Of a DNA stretch of 64,000 nt, positions 37,314-50,936 are shown piece after piece (the stretch's first letter is position 1; each line of letters begins with the position of its first letter). Location of the stretch: NCBI RefSeq assembly GCF_006345805.1, contig NC_042999.1:50344001-50408000 (forward strand), read 5' to 3'. A model generated the notes under the pieces. That model did no database searches and was not told where the DNA came from. It saw only the letters and a list, made by a program, of their open reading frames with translations. Origin of the DNA: Octopus sinensis (lineage: Eukaryota). Made by a program: the position numbers and the translations under genes.

Positions 37314-37797
37314 TATTTTTATATTTGTTATATCAAGTGACTTTTATAAAATATTACTAGTTTTGATGCATATGTCCATCTTATCAAATACAAACAGAAG
37401 GACTTGCATTTGTACCTCAGTGTGAAATAAAATTTTTCACAAGTTTTTTTCAAGTGCATTCAACATATCTGACCTCCAAATCCACTACAATCCACTTTTT
37501 TCCAGAAAAGAAAGGGGTCGAGGGGTAGTAGGGACTTCGGAGTTTCCTACCGATAGAGTTTTGTTTCGCAGGTTTTACTTTTCCAGGTTACTTTGCATAC
37601 TTTCAGCAAATGTGATATCAAAATCACACGTAAATGAAACATTAACAACATGAGTTTAGGCCAGTGAGCCTTTGAAAGCCATAGGTACTGCCCTTTTCTC
37701 CGGATTCAACATCTTTTATCTTTTACTTGTTTCATTCATTAGACCGTAGCCAAGTTGGGGCACTGTCATGTAAAAAAAACCAAACTGACAATCTCTT

Positions 37798-38025
37798 TTA
37801 ACCCTTTTATTACCAACCTGGCTGAAGCCAGCTCTGGCTCTGAGTACAAATGTCTTGTTTTCATAAGTTTTGAATTAAAATCTTCCACCAAATCTTAGTC
37901 ACAATTTATGTTCCTAACACTAGCTGAATAATGACTAAGTTATTTTACTAAATTCTTTGTTATATTTAAAGTAATTGAAAGAAACACAGAGCATCTCAAA
38001 ATAAATACAGTAACGAAAGGGTTAA
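37798..38025 (+). mobile_element. piggyBac-type MITE
   Basis: TTAACCCTTTTATTACC ... GTAACGAAAGGGTTAA. Confidence 0.88.
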
Positions 38026-39526
38026 ACATTTAAAGACAAAAAATATATACACTCCTTTTAAAAGCGAAACTTTCTGTTTAATGCCAGTGATATTCAATTT
38101 AATATTTCACATTTAATTTTCTCTAGATAGAGATGTATCAAAGGATTTAATCGTGAAATGAAAACTATTCAAAACATTTCTTTCATTCTAGTAAAAATAA
38201 AATGTACCTTTTCTTTTAAAGTTTAAATTTTTCAAAGAAACTCCTTTTTATAAAAATTAAGACATGGATTAAAGTTCCAGAAGAAAGAAAAACAGATAAG
38301 AATTTATTATAAATAGAACAGGAACCACCCAAACTGAATTGTTATAATCCATTAAATATGGATATTATTAATCTTTATTACTTCAGAAGATCCAAAAGCA
38401 TAATCACATGAAAACACCTCAACTCAAACTTTTTCTTAATCCTTCCCTTAATTTAAAGTGCCTTCACAGTAGGACATAAAATTTGAATAGTAATATTTAC
38501 CAGCTATTAAGAATGCTTCAGGCAGTTGTGGATCTGAAAAGGTTAAAGACGCAAACACAAAGGAGAATTCTTCTCTTCTCTTTGCCTGATAGAGATCAAA
38601 TTATAATTTGAATATGTTATGAAGTAATAATATAAATCTCAGGAATTAAATCATAGTATTGAATGATTAAATGTCTCTCATCATTGTTCCATGAGAAACA
38701 TGAAATATTGTACATTTACACATAAGAATAGAGAAAATGGTGAGTAGATGCACAGCTGTGGCAGAATTTAGAAGTTGCTATATCTCAAAACATTTCCTTT
38801 GTGTCATTTAAAAGGACTGGCTTTCTACTAAGCAGATTTCAATGGCAGCAGTCCAGGGGATTAGATATATAGTATAAGACTGAACAAACAGAATCCAATC
38901 CTAATTCATAGATTAAATTTCATTTGACTTGGTTTGGATCAGTTTGTCTTATTTTACTTGTATTTATGTTTCATAAAGGTCGTAAGGACACGTGATTTAG
39001 TACGTGGTTAGGGTATTGAGGACATGAACACAAGGTCATGGGTTCAATTGCTGTACAGGACAATGCATTATGTCCTTAAGCAAGACTCTTCATTTCACAC
39101 TGTTCTTCTACTCACTTGAAGATGTGTACAATCAAAGTACTGGTGCAGCAGTTTTTTTTTTCTCTCTTCTCTCTCCTCACACTCCCCTCCTTTCTGCACC
39201 CCACTCCTTTTCTCTTGCTGTCACATACTTGATACACTGCTGTATAAAAGAATGGTGAGCCAAGAGGCTGTCTATATCTGCTCAGAACTACATAAGTGTC
39301 ATGTTGTCATATCATACTTGTTTTGCAAATGACAGCTATGACTTGTCCATAAAGGTCAATGAAATATCATTTAAGGTTCTAAATTTAAACATAATTCATT
39401 ACATTATTCATTGCTCGTTACATTACTATCTAGAACTATAATACACACTAGTCACTAATAATTATACATTACTAATTACTCATTATATTACTATATCACA
39501 TATTGCTCATTACATTACTTACTACC

Positions 39527-39750
39527 TTAACCCTTTTGATACCAACCCGCCTGAAACCGCCTCTGGTTCTGTTGTACAAAAGTCTTATAAGTTCTGAATT
39601 AAAATCTTCCACCAAACCTTAGTCACAATTTATGTTCCTAACACTAGCTTAATGATAAACTAAATTATTTTACTAATTCTTTGTTATATTTAAAATTAAT
39701 TGAAAGAAATACAGGGCATCTCAACAGAAATATGGTAACAAAAAAGTTAA
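39527..39750 (+). mobile_element. piggyBac-type MITE
   Basis: TTAACCCTTTTGATACC ... GGTAACAAAAAAGTTAA. Confidence 0.85.
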
Positions 39751-41001
39751 GGTGGCGAGCTGGCAGATTCATTAGCATGCCAGGCAAAATGCTTAGTGGT
39801 ATTTCGTCTGTCTTTACGTTTTGAGTTCAAATTCCGCCAAGGTTGACTTTGCCTTTCATCTTTTCGGGGTCAATAAATTAAGTACCAGTTGCATACTGGG
39901 GTTGATCTAGTTGACTGCCCCCCTCCCCCAAAATTTCAGGCCTTGTGTCTATAGCAGAAAGGATTACATTACTACCTAGTATTATGTTACACATTAGTCA
40001 TTACTAATTATACGTTACTAATTATTCATAATATTGCTGTAATATACATTACTCATTATGCCTATATCTCTTAGTTACATGATTAATTTTTGTAACATTT
40101 TTTGTCACTTGGGAGGGATGGGCAGCATTTCTGTGGAGCCACCCACTTCCCTTGATGCCCTAAGCACATGCTTGTTTTGCTTAATGGTTAATCCAGTGCT
40201 GTCTACAATCCAAGTAGGTTACAGCCGGATTTTAGCTCAGAAGTCAAAGAACCACAACAAATACCAAAAAGCATACAATCCGATGCTCGAATGAATTTCC
40301 CAGTCCACCATGCTACACTAGTGCTACATTTATCAACCTCAGAAGAACAAAAATCAAAGTTTGCTTAAGTAGGATTTGAACTTAGAACACAAGCAAAACA
40401 AATACTCACAGAACTCCATTTTAGTATGCTACCAGTGCTAATTGCAAAAAAATGATATGTGAACGGCATGACAGGAAAAGTTTCTCCAAGCAAAATATAA
40501 ACTCATAGATGTAATACACTAAAGACACTGTAATGCTCCTAATCAGCTCTCTCTCTATCTATCTCCCCCTCTCTCTCTATCTCCCTCTCTCCAATAACTA
40601 CTGCGAGCAACGTCTTCATGACTACTATTGCTACTATTACTAACATGATGTTGGTGATAATGGTAACATACTAATGAGAGACAACACAAGGCAAATTATC
40701 TGAAGCATAAATATTTTATTTCCAAGCATTTAATAAGATGTATAATTTGACACATTTTAATAGAAAGTCTCTGAAGATAGAAAAATAAAATACATACATA
40801 AAAAAAAATCTTAAAAAAAATATATAGTTGCTAACATACACACAAACATATGCATATGTGTGTGTGTATATATATATATATGTGTGTGTGTGTGTATATG
40901 TATGTACATGTCTATAGGTATATACATACACACACATGCTATTTGCTTTTGAGCCAAATTAACTAACTAACACAGACATATATATATATACACACACAGA
41001 T

Positions 41002-41074
<73 letters not shown>

Positions 41075-41764
41075 CACACAGACACACACACACACACATA
41101 TATTATATGCACATGTACATACATATATACTTAAATATACCTATATGCAGGTAAATATGTATATATGTGTGTGTGTGGGCATGTGTGTGCAGTAAAATAA
41201 TATTTATGCCTGTGACTTTTACAAATTGAAATCATAGGAAAATAGTAAGTGGAACTACGATGATCCGCTATGAGGGAAACATGATTTAAAAGAACTCAGT
41301 TCTGTTAAGCGTTAGATAGTATTAAAGCGAGTGAGCTTTTCATAATTTCAGGCTATTATTGATTTCTTGTTATTCTATCTCTAAAAAACACTACTCTGGA
41401 ATGGTGATAAGATCCAGCACAACAGGCTTGTTTATCAGACAGCCAATAGAATCTTCTAGTGTTTTCCTGCCTTTGACTAATTAGCTTTGCAATAACACCT
41501 TTAGCATATGTATCATTCTATATTGGGAAGATGGAAATATGATTAAATGTTATGTTATTACACACATATACACACACATGCATACTTACATATATATCTA
41601 TCCATCTATCCGTATCACATGACCAAATCACCTCAGTCTAAAGATATATATATATACATACATATACATATATACACACACATACATATATATATATACA
41701 CACACATATATATATATATTCATATATATACATATAAGTATACATGCACACACATATATGTATA

Positions 41765-41802
<38 letters not shown>

Positions 41803-41829
41803 TATAATAATAATAACAATAATAATATT

Positions 41830-41995
41830 AAGGAATATGATTCCACACTTACAGGGAAAAATTCAATTTAGTAATACTAAATCAAATTTCACAATATATA
41901 ATACATGTATATAAATTAGAGAAGAACCACCATGGAGCAATTCAACAATGATATGATTAAATCATATCATATAGAAAACAATTAACGATACGATA
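41830..41995. repeat. Unclassified interspersed repeat (also at ~26630-26700 + 27075-27170)
   Basis: ACTTACAGGGAAAAATTCAATTTAGTA...AATCAAATTTCACAATATATA...TATAAATTAGAGAA is shared between the two loci. Confidence 0.75.
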
Positions 41996-42650
41996 AAACA
42001 TTAACCTAAAACTAAATAAAATATGAAATAATAAACAAATAGTATATAATTAGTATAAAATTTGTAAATATATTTATTTAGTTTTAGGTAAATGTTTTAT
42101 CGTATCTTTTTAGTTTTGGTAAAACTAAAAATTGTCAAAGATGAATTAAATTTATCATTGTTACTGTATATGTTAGTGTTATTTAATTTCTGAATGGTTT
42201 TGCTGCCATTTGCTTATGTAGTTCAATTTCTTTATTCATCAGTTTCTACTGAGACAGAGATGCAAGTAAAATTAATATCAGAGAAATGAAAATACAACTT
42301 TGGAAACAGCCAGCCTGCCATAATTTACATGGAAGCCATGAGCATACTTTCAAAGGAGATAATCGGAGAAAGACTTGAAAGTCAACATAAGATCGTAATA
42401 CTTTCTGTAAAGTAAATATAACAAATAATTCAGAATCCTTGTCCGGTACCAAAATCAAATCAGTTCATGCCAGTTATGAGGCCAAACATCCATGATAGTT
42501 TAATCCAAATCCATCCAGCAGTTCTTGAGATATCTTGTCCATGGACAAACAAACACAACTGAAAGTAATACTTCCATCTTTGCTAAGACAGAGCTAATAA
42601 TAATAACAGTAATGATGATGATGATGATGATGATAATAATAATAATAATA

Positions 42651-42702
<52 letters not shown>

Positions 42703-43026
42703 CCTTTCTTTTATAGGCAAGAGGCCTGAAATTTTGGTGGGAAGGGAATAATCAATTATATCAATGGCAGTGCTCAACTGGTACTTATTTCAATGACCCC
42801 GAAAGGATGAAAGGCAAAGTCGACCTTGGTGGAAGTCAAACCCAGAATATAAAGATGGATGAAACACTGTTAAGCATTTTGCCTATCAGGCTAATAATTT
42901 TGCCAGCTCACTACCATAATAATAATAATAACAATAACAATAATAACAATAATAATAATAATTATAATAATAATGATAATAATAATAATAACAATAACAA
43001 CAACAACAACAACAGCAGTAGCAGCA

Positions 43027-43465
43027 AAGACAGAATATTTCCATAGGTATAACATGACAGTAGCAAGCCTAGAGTGGAATATATGCAAGTGTTATAAAAT
43101 CAGGACAGTTGAGAAGTGGTATGAACTTCAGCTAAACATGGTCTCTGACAAGAATGATGTCACCATCCTCCCTGATATGCCCATCGACATTGACAGAGAG
43201 ATAAAAGCCAACAAGCCTGACATTGTTATCGAGAACAAGAAGAGCAGGAAGTAGATACTTATCAATATTGCAATGCCTTCTGAAAGAAACATCTCTTTGA
43301 AAGTGAGTGTGAAGCTGACCAAGGTGCAAAGACCAAGAGATTAAAATCAATAGTTTGTGGAACATGAAGACCAAAAGAGAGGGAATGTAAACGTTCACCA
43401 ACATCAATATTTATGCAATCCAGAAGATCAAACTATTTGGAACAGCTCACATACAAGGTATATTC
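43027..43465 (+). pseudogene. R4/Dong-like REL endonuclease fragment
   Basis: WNICKCYKIRTVEKWYE...VTILPDMPIDIDREIKANKPDIVIENKK...LINIAMPSERNISLK...IQKIKLFGTAHI matches the WDF.I.TD..I.AN.PDIV..D...P.D.N pattern. Confidence 0.85.
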
Positions 43466-43477
43466 TTTCTTTTATTC

Positions 43478-43878
43478 TTTTTTTATTTCTTTTACTTGTT
43501 TCAGTCATTTGACTGCGGCCATGCTGGAGCACCGCCTTTTTAGTCGAGCAAATCGACCCCGGGACTTATTCTTTGTAAGCCCAGTACTTATTCTATCGGT
43601 CTCTTTTGCCGAACCGCTAAGTGACGGGGACGTAAACACACCAGCATCGGTTGTCAAGCAATGCTAAGGGGACAAACACACAAACATACACATATATACA
43701 TATATATACATATATACGACAGGCTTCTTTCAGTTTCCGTCTACCAAATCCACTCACAAGGCATTGGTTGGCCCGGGGCTATAGCAGAAGACACTTGCCC
43801 AAGATGCCACGCAGTGGGACTGAACCCAGAACCATGTGGTTGGTTAGCAAGCTACTTACCACACAGCCACTCCTACGC
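43478..43878 (-). mobile_element. SINE family A (little diverged)
   Basis: Near-consensus with CpGs retained. Confidence 0.9.
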
Positions 43879-43879
43879 C

Positions 43880-44085
43880 TCCAGAAGTATTAAGACTTTT
43901 TTCAGGAGAAACATTAATTATTTCGAAAAAGTACGAAACTCTAATCTCCTTCAAAGTAGGATTCTCTGACATCAATGCATTTGTTGTAGCACTGCAGCCA
44001 CTTCGTGAAGGCCCAATGTAAAGTTCTCCAAAGAGAAGGTGTCCAGAGCCTTTAACACACTTTCTTATATCTCATCCTTCAGCAT
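43880..44085 (-). pseudogene. Mariner transposase C-terminal fragment (second mariner family)
   Basis: DEI*ESVLKALDTFSLENF/HWAFTKWLQCYNKCIDVRESYFEG resembles W..RY.KCI...G.YFEG mariner ends. Confidence 0.7.
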
Positions 44086-44614
44086 GAGGAACAATAAAAA
44101 AAAAGTTACAGGGAGAAAGATCGATGAAGAAGAAGAAATTAAGATGAAAGGAATAAATTGACTCTAGACTTGAATAAGATCATGTCATAAGAAGAGGGAA
44201 AACAATGAAATGGAAGAGAGTTACAAGTCTGGTAGTTTAACCCTTTCATTACGATATTCTGCTGAGATCAACATTGTCTTTCATCCTTTCAGGATCAACA
44301 AACTAAGTACCAGTTGTGTACTGGGGGGGAAAGGGTCGATCTAGTCGATAATGCTTAGTGGCATTTCATCCATCAAAATTCCAGCCCATGGATCGAATGT
44401 AGAAATGACTGTTATTGGTGTTGTAGTTGTTATTGTGATAGCCGTTGCTGTTTCTGCAATTGTTATCGATATTCCTGTTGTTACTACTGCTGTTGTTGTT
44501 GTTATTGATGATGATGATGCTAGTGTCACTAGAGTTATAGTTGCTGTTTAGCCTCAAGTCAACTCCAGCCAGTTGCACCTATAATCAAAGACAGTCAGGC
44601 AATGACTGTGCCAT

Positions 44615-44830
44615 TTAACCCTTTCGCTACCGTATTTATTTTGAGATGCTCTATTTCTTTCAATTATTTTAAATATAAAAGAGAAATTAATAAAATAACT
44701 TAGTTATCATTCAGCTAGTGTTAGGAACATAAATTGTGACTAAGGTATGGTGGAAGATTTTAATACAAAACTGACGAAAATAAGACAATTGTACTCAGAA
44801 CCAGAGCTGGGTTGGTAACGAAAGGATTAA
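44615..44830 (-). mobile_element. piggyBac-type MITE (reverse orientation)
   Basis: TTAACCCTTTCGCTACC ... GGTAACGAAAGGATTAA; internal sequence is the reverse complement of 13703-13931. Confidence 0.85.
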
Positions 44831-44839
44831 GGAAAAATG

Positions 44840-45245
44840 CTCTTTTACTTGTTTCAGTCATTTGACTGCGGCCATGCTGGACCACTGCCTTCATTCGAGC
44901 AAATCAACCCCAGGATTTATTCTATGTAAGCCTAGTACTCATTCTATCAGTCTCTTTTGCCGAACCACTAAGTTACGGGGACGTAAACACACCAACATCA
45001 GTTGTCAAGTGATGTTGCGTGGGGGACAAACACAGACACACAAACGTATACACATACACATACATATATATATACATATATACGATGGGCTTCTTCCAGT
45101 TTCCGTCTACCAAATCCACTCACAAGGCTTTGTTCAACCCAAGGCTATAGTAGAAGACACTTGCCCAAAGTTCCATGCAGTGGGACTGAACCCGGAACCA
45201 TGTGGTTTGTAAGCAAGCTACTTACAACACAGCCACTCCTACACC
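44840..45245 (-). mobile_element. SINE family A
   Basis: Reverse-complement family A body. Confidence 0.88.
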
Positions 45246-46109
45246 TACCATAGAAAGACTTTCTCATTCGTGGAAGCAAAACAGCATTAAAATACAGATA
45301 CTGTGAGTTTTGAGTCAGGCAAGATAGCATGAAAGTGATCTGGAAATAAGAGTGAAAGTTCAACGAAATGTTTCCTGTGGTAATAACTAAAGAAATGACT
45401 AAAACTGGTAACATCACATCGATATGACAAGGGTTGCAGAGTTGAATCAAGAGAGGGACCAATCAAATTAGAGAAATAAGAAATATTGAATTTAAGAAGT
45501 AGTTACAAAGAGTTTTTTTTTTTTTTTGAAGAAAAAAAAACACAGAAGCATTGATTAATAATCTTTTGAAATATATATGTACATATCATAACCCCCATAC
45601 CAGAACTGACCCTGCTTGTGCTGACACCATGTAAAAATCACTCAGCCCACTTTGTGGGGTGGTTGGTGTTAGGAAGGGCATCTAGCCATAAAACCCATGC
45701 CAAAACAGACACTGAAACCTAGTGCAGTTTTCTGCCTAGTCAGCTTCTGTCAAGCTATCTAACCCATGCCAGTATGGAAAGTGGACATTGATGATGATGA
45801 TGACGATGATGATGATGATCTGTATAAATATTGTTCAAGATGTATGCATGAAGCACATTTCATGGTATTATACATTCATGTGGAAACAGTTTCAAAAATC
45901 TAACTTATGTTTTTCAAGCTAAAGATTACATTACCTGTAGACTTACATCTATGCATAGAGAGATCATTTTAATATTATTTCCCTCGGCGTAAGTGCATGA
46001 AATACTGAAATTGAAAAAAAACATAAGGTAAAAGAAACAATTTCTTATCTAAACCTCACTAGCAGAATTTTTTTCTTCCTTTTTTTTTTGTTCTTTGATA
46101 TTCCATCAG

Positions 46110-46154
46110 CATAAAAATGAGAAAGAGGCAACACAGGAAACGCCTTTGTAAAAA
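46110..46154 (+). CDS. Candidate 45-nt exon (IKMRKRQHRKRLCK)
   Basis: Long T/C tract plus TCCATCAG acceptor; GTAAGT donor at 46155; only the phase 2-2 frame is open. Confidence 0.42.
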
Positions 46155-48272
46155 GTAAGTGGAACTTTATTCTAATGATTGGGTCATCTCAAAATTTGGT
46201 AAATGAAATTTTTTAAGGTTGCAAAGATACATCTATGGGATAAGACAGAACATAAAAAAGTAAAGGAATGTCTTATATTTGGAGTGTTGGTCATATGGAA
46301 GGTGGTAATACTGATGTTAGAGTGATGATGATGATGATGACAATAATGATGGATTGTATTTTGAATGCTAGTAATTATCGTAATTATAATCTGCTTGAAT
46401 GTTAAGCCAACATTTTGGTGTATTGTTGATAAGCTTAATAATTAGATTCAAGAATTAGTTCAATCAATTGAAATATCATCTTAATGATAGGAATTCCTAT
46501 AAGCAGGGCTAATTTTTTTTTAACAGTTAAATAAACAAATTAAAAGAAAATATTGTAATAAAAATCTTCGCCCATATTTGACTGGTAAATTCTTTGAATT
46601 CATGTCTGAAATATTCCAAAGTAATTAGAGCAATTGCTCACATTACAAAATTTCTCATAGCAAGAGAGGAAGAACCGAAATGTTCATATCAAGTTTTGAC
46701 AGTCTGGTGAAAGAAAAAAAAATCAATGAAATTGAAATAGACTTGAAACGAACTACTTTTGAAAAATATTCTCAATGTTTGAAGATAAAATGTTGTTATG
46801 CCATTCAACATTAATTAAGTTTTGAATTGAATAATCAACGTACACATTACATTTGTTTGTTGTTGAAAGTATGTCATATTTCTTTTTTTTTTGTTTAGTT
46901 TTCTTTTTCATTGTCCCAAATTAGATTGCAATAGGAGTAATTTTTACTACTTATAGATTTTTTTTTCCAATTTTTTATTCAAATTTTCTAACAGTGTTTT
47001 CTTTTTCTTTAATTTTTTTTATGTTTTTTACTTTTGAATAAGACAACCAATACTCTCAGAAGAATGAAATCTAATTTTGAAATTGCTAGTAATTATGATT
47101 ATGTCATTCAACAGCATCTTTAATCTGACTTGTCGGCAACAGCAATAGCGTTCATCATCATCATCTTCACTGATATCATCATCATCATTTTACTATTTAC
47201 TCTCTATTCTGTCACTAGTTCTATACTGTACTGATGACAAAAATAATTTACAAGAGCCTGGTCTATTAGTAAATTGATGTAGGTAGATTGAATGGGGGTA
47301 AGTCATTTAACTGTTTAGATAGTTTTAAATACCAAGTTTAAAATGAACCAATGGGGAGTTTCTATGCAATTGCTCAGCCTGTTACGAAGAGGGTGGAGGC
47401 ATCAAATCATGCTCTACTGTCTTAAAAAAAACTTGAAATCATTCATCATCATCATCAGTGAAGGTGCATTGCTTAGTGGTTAGGGTATTCAGTTCACAAT
47501 CATAAGGTCATGAGTTCAATTCCTGGGGACATGTCTTGTCCCTGAGTAAGACTTTATTTCACATTGCTCCAGTCCACACAGCTGGCAAAAATGAGTAGTA
47601 ACTGTATATGAAAGGGCCAGCCTTGTCACATTCTGTGTCACGCTGAATCTCCCTGAAAATTATGTGAAAGGTACAAGTGTCTGTGGAGTGCTCAGCCACT
47701 TGCATGTTAATTTCATGTACAGGTTTTTCTGTTGATTGGATCAACTTGTCCTCATAACCAACAGAGGCCATCGTCATCATCATCATCATCATTGTCGTCA
47801 TCGTCATCATTTCGTTGTCTCCTTTACAAAGCTTGCATGGGGTGGACAGAATTTGTCAAGGCAACTTTTCCATAGCCAGATGTCGCCAACCCTCATTTGC
47901 TTCCAAGTAAGGGAATATTTTCTCATGAATAAATGAAAAAAATTTTGAAATGAAAGACACTGCTTGCATGGCAGAAACCCTCACAATTTATCATGCAATG
48001 TTGAGGCAAAGAGGCAGTAATACATACACAATACACACACACACACATACAAACATATATATATACCATGCTGTGTCACTTGACCATTCTTTCTGATTAT
48101 GGATTTACTTAAAGAAGTCCCTCCTGGACATAATGAACCACAACAAATATCATTGATGAAGAACATTCTTCCACTGCCCACCCTATACTTCTCTGATGAG
48201 AGAATACCCAACTTACAGAGTTTTCACTCAATATGATGCTCCGATAGCTGGGATACCCCAGAAACAGCTGTC

Positions 48273-48499
48273 TGAGAAGGTGGTGAGCTGGCAGAAATGT
48301 TAGCACGCCGGGCGAAATGCTTAGCGGTATTTCGTCTGCCATTACGTTCTGAGTTCAATTTCTGCCAAGGTCAACTTTGCCTTTCATCCTTTCGGGGTCA
48401 ATAACTAAAGTACTAGTTATGCACTGGGGTCGATGTAATCGACTTAATCCCTTTGTTTGTCCCCTCTATGTTTAGCCCCTTGTGGACAATAAAGAAATA
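48273..48499 (+). mobile_element. SINE family B with 13-bp target-site duplication
   Basis: AGAAACAGCTGTC at 48260-48272 and 48500-48512. Confidence 0.92.
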
Positions 48500-49444
48500 A
48501 GAAACAGCTGTCAGAGACTATTTTTACCATTCATTATGTCGCTAAATTTTAGATTGAATTAAATGAAATTAAATGTCCTTGTCCTGAATTGCCTAATGTA
48601 TATACTTTAACCTATATATACATACATATATATAGGTTGGTCTTTCAGTTTTCATTTACTAAATTTATCACAAAGCTTTGGCCATCCCTGGGCAATAAGA
48701 GAAGATACTTGCTCAAGATGCCATTCAGTAGGATTGAACCGGAAACCAAGTAATTGGGAATCATGATTCTTATCACACAGTCACACTTGCATCTGTAATC
48801 ACCATCTCAAAAAAAAAAAAAGGAAAAAAGAGAGAATATTTTGGACATAGAAGACCTTGATATACAAACAGGTGAAGAAATGACAGTTGATATGTCCTTC
48901 ACAAACAAACCAGTGCCAAATCTCTAACACACTGGTTTTGGTATACCGAGAGGCAGCCTGTCCTTCAGTTACCTAAACTTGTACATGAATGTTTTGTGCT
49001 ATTTTCAGTAATATTAAGCATGTCTAAAAACCAGAGAAACAGCCTGCTGCTCAAAGCACAATTACCTCATGCATAAGTTATGAACATTAATATCTCAAGC
49101 ATTCTGACATTAGAACAATTTTCTCTTCTTGATTGAATCACATGATGATAAATGAAATGTGCATCAGTCTTTATTAGTTATGATCCAGATATATATATGG
49201 CTGGTCTTACTATATTTCTAATTATTGCTTCATACATCTGTCACCAATAATTCTCGTTACATACTCTTACAAACAAAAGCATTTCTCTAACATTCGTTTG
49301 CAGCCTTCCTATTTATACACACACTCACGCATAATATTCTGAGTAGTCTCTAACTTGTTCATTAAACCACTTGCAAATTGCTATCATATAGGTGTGTGTA
49401 TGTAAATATATATATTTGCATGTGTATGTATGTATATGTGCATG

Positions 49445-49488
<44 letters not shown>

Positions 49489-49510
49489 GTATATATAAAC
49501 ATACATACAT

Positions 49511-50331
49511 ATATGGGTGTGTGTGAAATAGATAGATAGCTATATAGATAATCAACATTATCATCTCCAGCATCATTGATGATATATACTCTTTTACTCT
49601 TTTACTTGTTTCAGTCATTTGACTGTGGCCATGCTGGAGCACCGCCTTTAGTCGAGCAAATCGACCCTGGGACTTATTCTTTGTAAGCCCAGTACTTATT
49701 CTATCGGTCTCTTTTGCCGAACCGCTAAGTGACGGGGACGAAAACACACCAGCATCGGTTGTCAAGCAATGTTAGGGGGACAAACACACACACACAAACA
49801 GACACACACAAACACACACACACATATATATAAATATATATATACACATATATACGACAGGCTTCTTTCAGTTTCCGTCTACCAAATCTACTCACAAGGC
49901 ATTGGTCGGCCCGGGGCTATAGCAGAAGACACGTGCCCAAGATGCCACGCAGTGGGACTGAACCCGAAACCATGTGGTTGGTTAGCAAGCTACTTACCAC
50001 AGCCACTCCTGCGCCTATATATATATATATACACACATATACATATATGGGTGTGTGTGAAATAGATAGATAGATATATAGATAATCAACATTATCATCT
50101 CCAGCATCATTGATGATATATACTCTTTTACTCATTTACTTGTTTCAGTCATTTGACTGCGGCCATGCTGGAGCACTGCCTTTAGTCGAGCAAATCGACC
50201 CTGGGACTTATTCTTTGTAAGCCCAGTACTTATTCTATCGGTCTCTTTTGCTGAACCGCTAAGTGACAAGGACGTAAACACCCCAGCATCGGTTGTCAAG
50301 CAATACTAGGTGGACAAACACAGACACACAA

Positions 50332-50392
<61 letters not shown>

Positions 50393-50565
50393 ATATATAT
50401 ATACATACATATATACGACAGGCTTCTTTCAGTTTCCGTCTACCAAATTCGCTCACAAGGCATTGGTCAGCCCAAGGCTATATCAGAGGACACTTGCCCA
50501 AGATGCCAAGCAGTGGGACTGAACCCGGAACCATGTGGTTGGTTAGCAAGCTACTTACCACACAT
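49511..50565 (-). repeat. Tandem ~534-bp duplication of SINE A plus its flank
   Basis: Flank ATATGGGTGTGTGTGAAATAG...CAACATTATCATCTCCAGCATCATTGATGATATATACTC occurs at 49511 and 50045, each followed by a minus-strand SINE A. Confidence 0.85.
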
Positions 50566-50725
50566 ATGAATATATATATCAGAGAGTGTGTGAGTGTTTA
50601 TGCATGTGTGTGTGTGTGCCTGTGTGTGTGTGTGCATGCCTGAGCACTCACATGCATTATAATAATATTTTTACTCTCCTAATTGATCATGTGCTTCACT
50701 ACTGGTTGAAAATCATACCACACAC

Positions 50726-50763
<38 letters not shown>

Positions 50764-50876
50764 ATACGCACATATATGAGAGGAGTTTAAGAATTTTAAA
50801 TGATATTTGCTTACCAGAATATTCCCATATTTCCACATTAATTTCCTTTAGCCTTATGTCCCTTACTAATCTTCAG

Positions 50877-50936
50877 ATATAGATACGATTATAAACAATT
50901 ACAACAAGGAAACTGAGAAATTTATGACCATAGCCA
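50877..50936 (+). CDS. Candidate 60-nt exon (IDTIINNYNKETEKFMTIA)
   Basis: CTAAT branch-like site plus CTTCAG acceptor; GTAGGT donor at 50937; symmetric phase 1-1. Confidence 0.42.

Noticed and set aside
46661-47268. Chain of three further exons (46661-46706, 47043-47088, 47219-47268)
   Set aside because: Phases join, but one acceptor is AAG and the donors are weak; not distinguishable from chance by eye.
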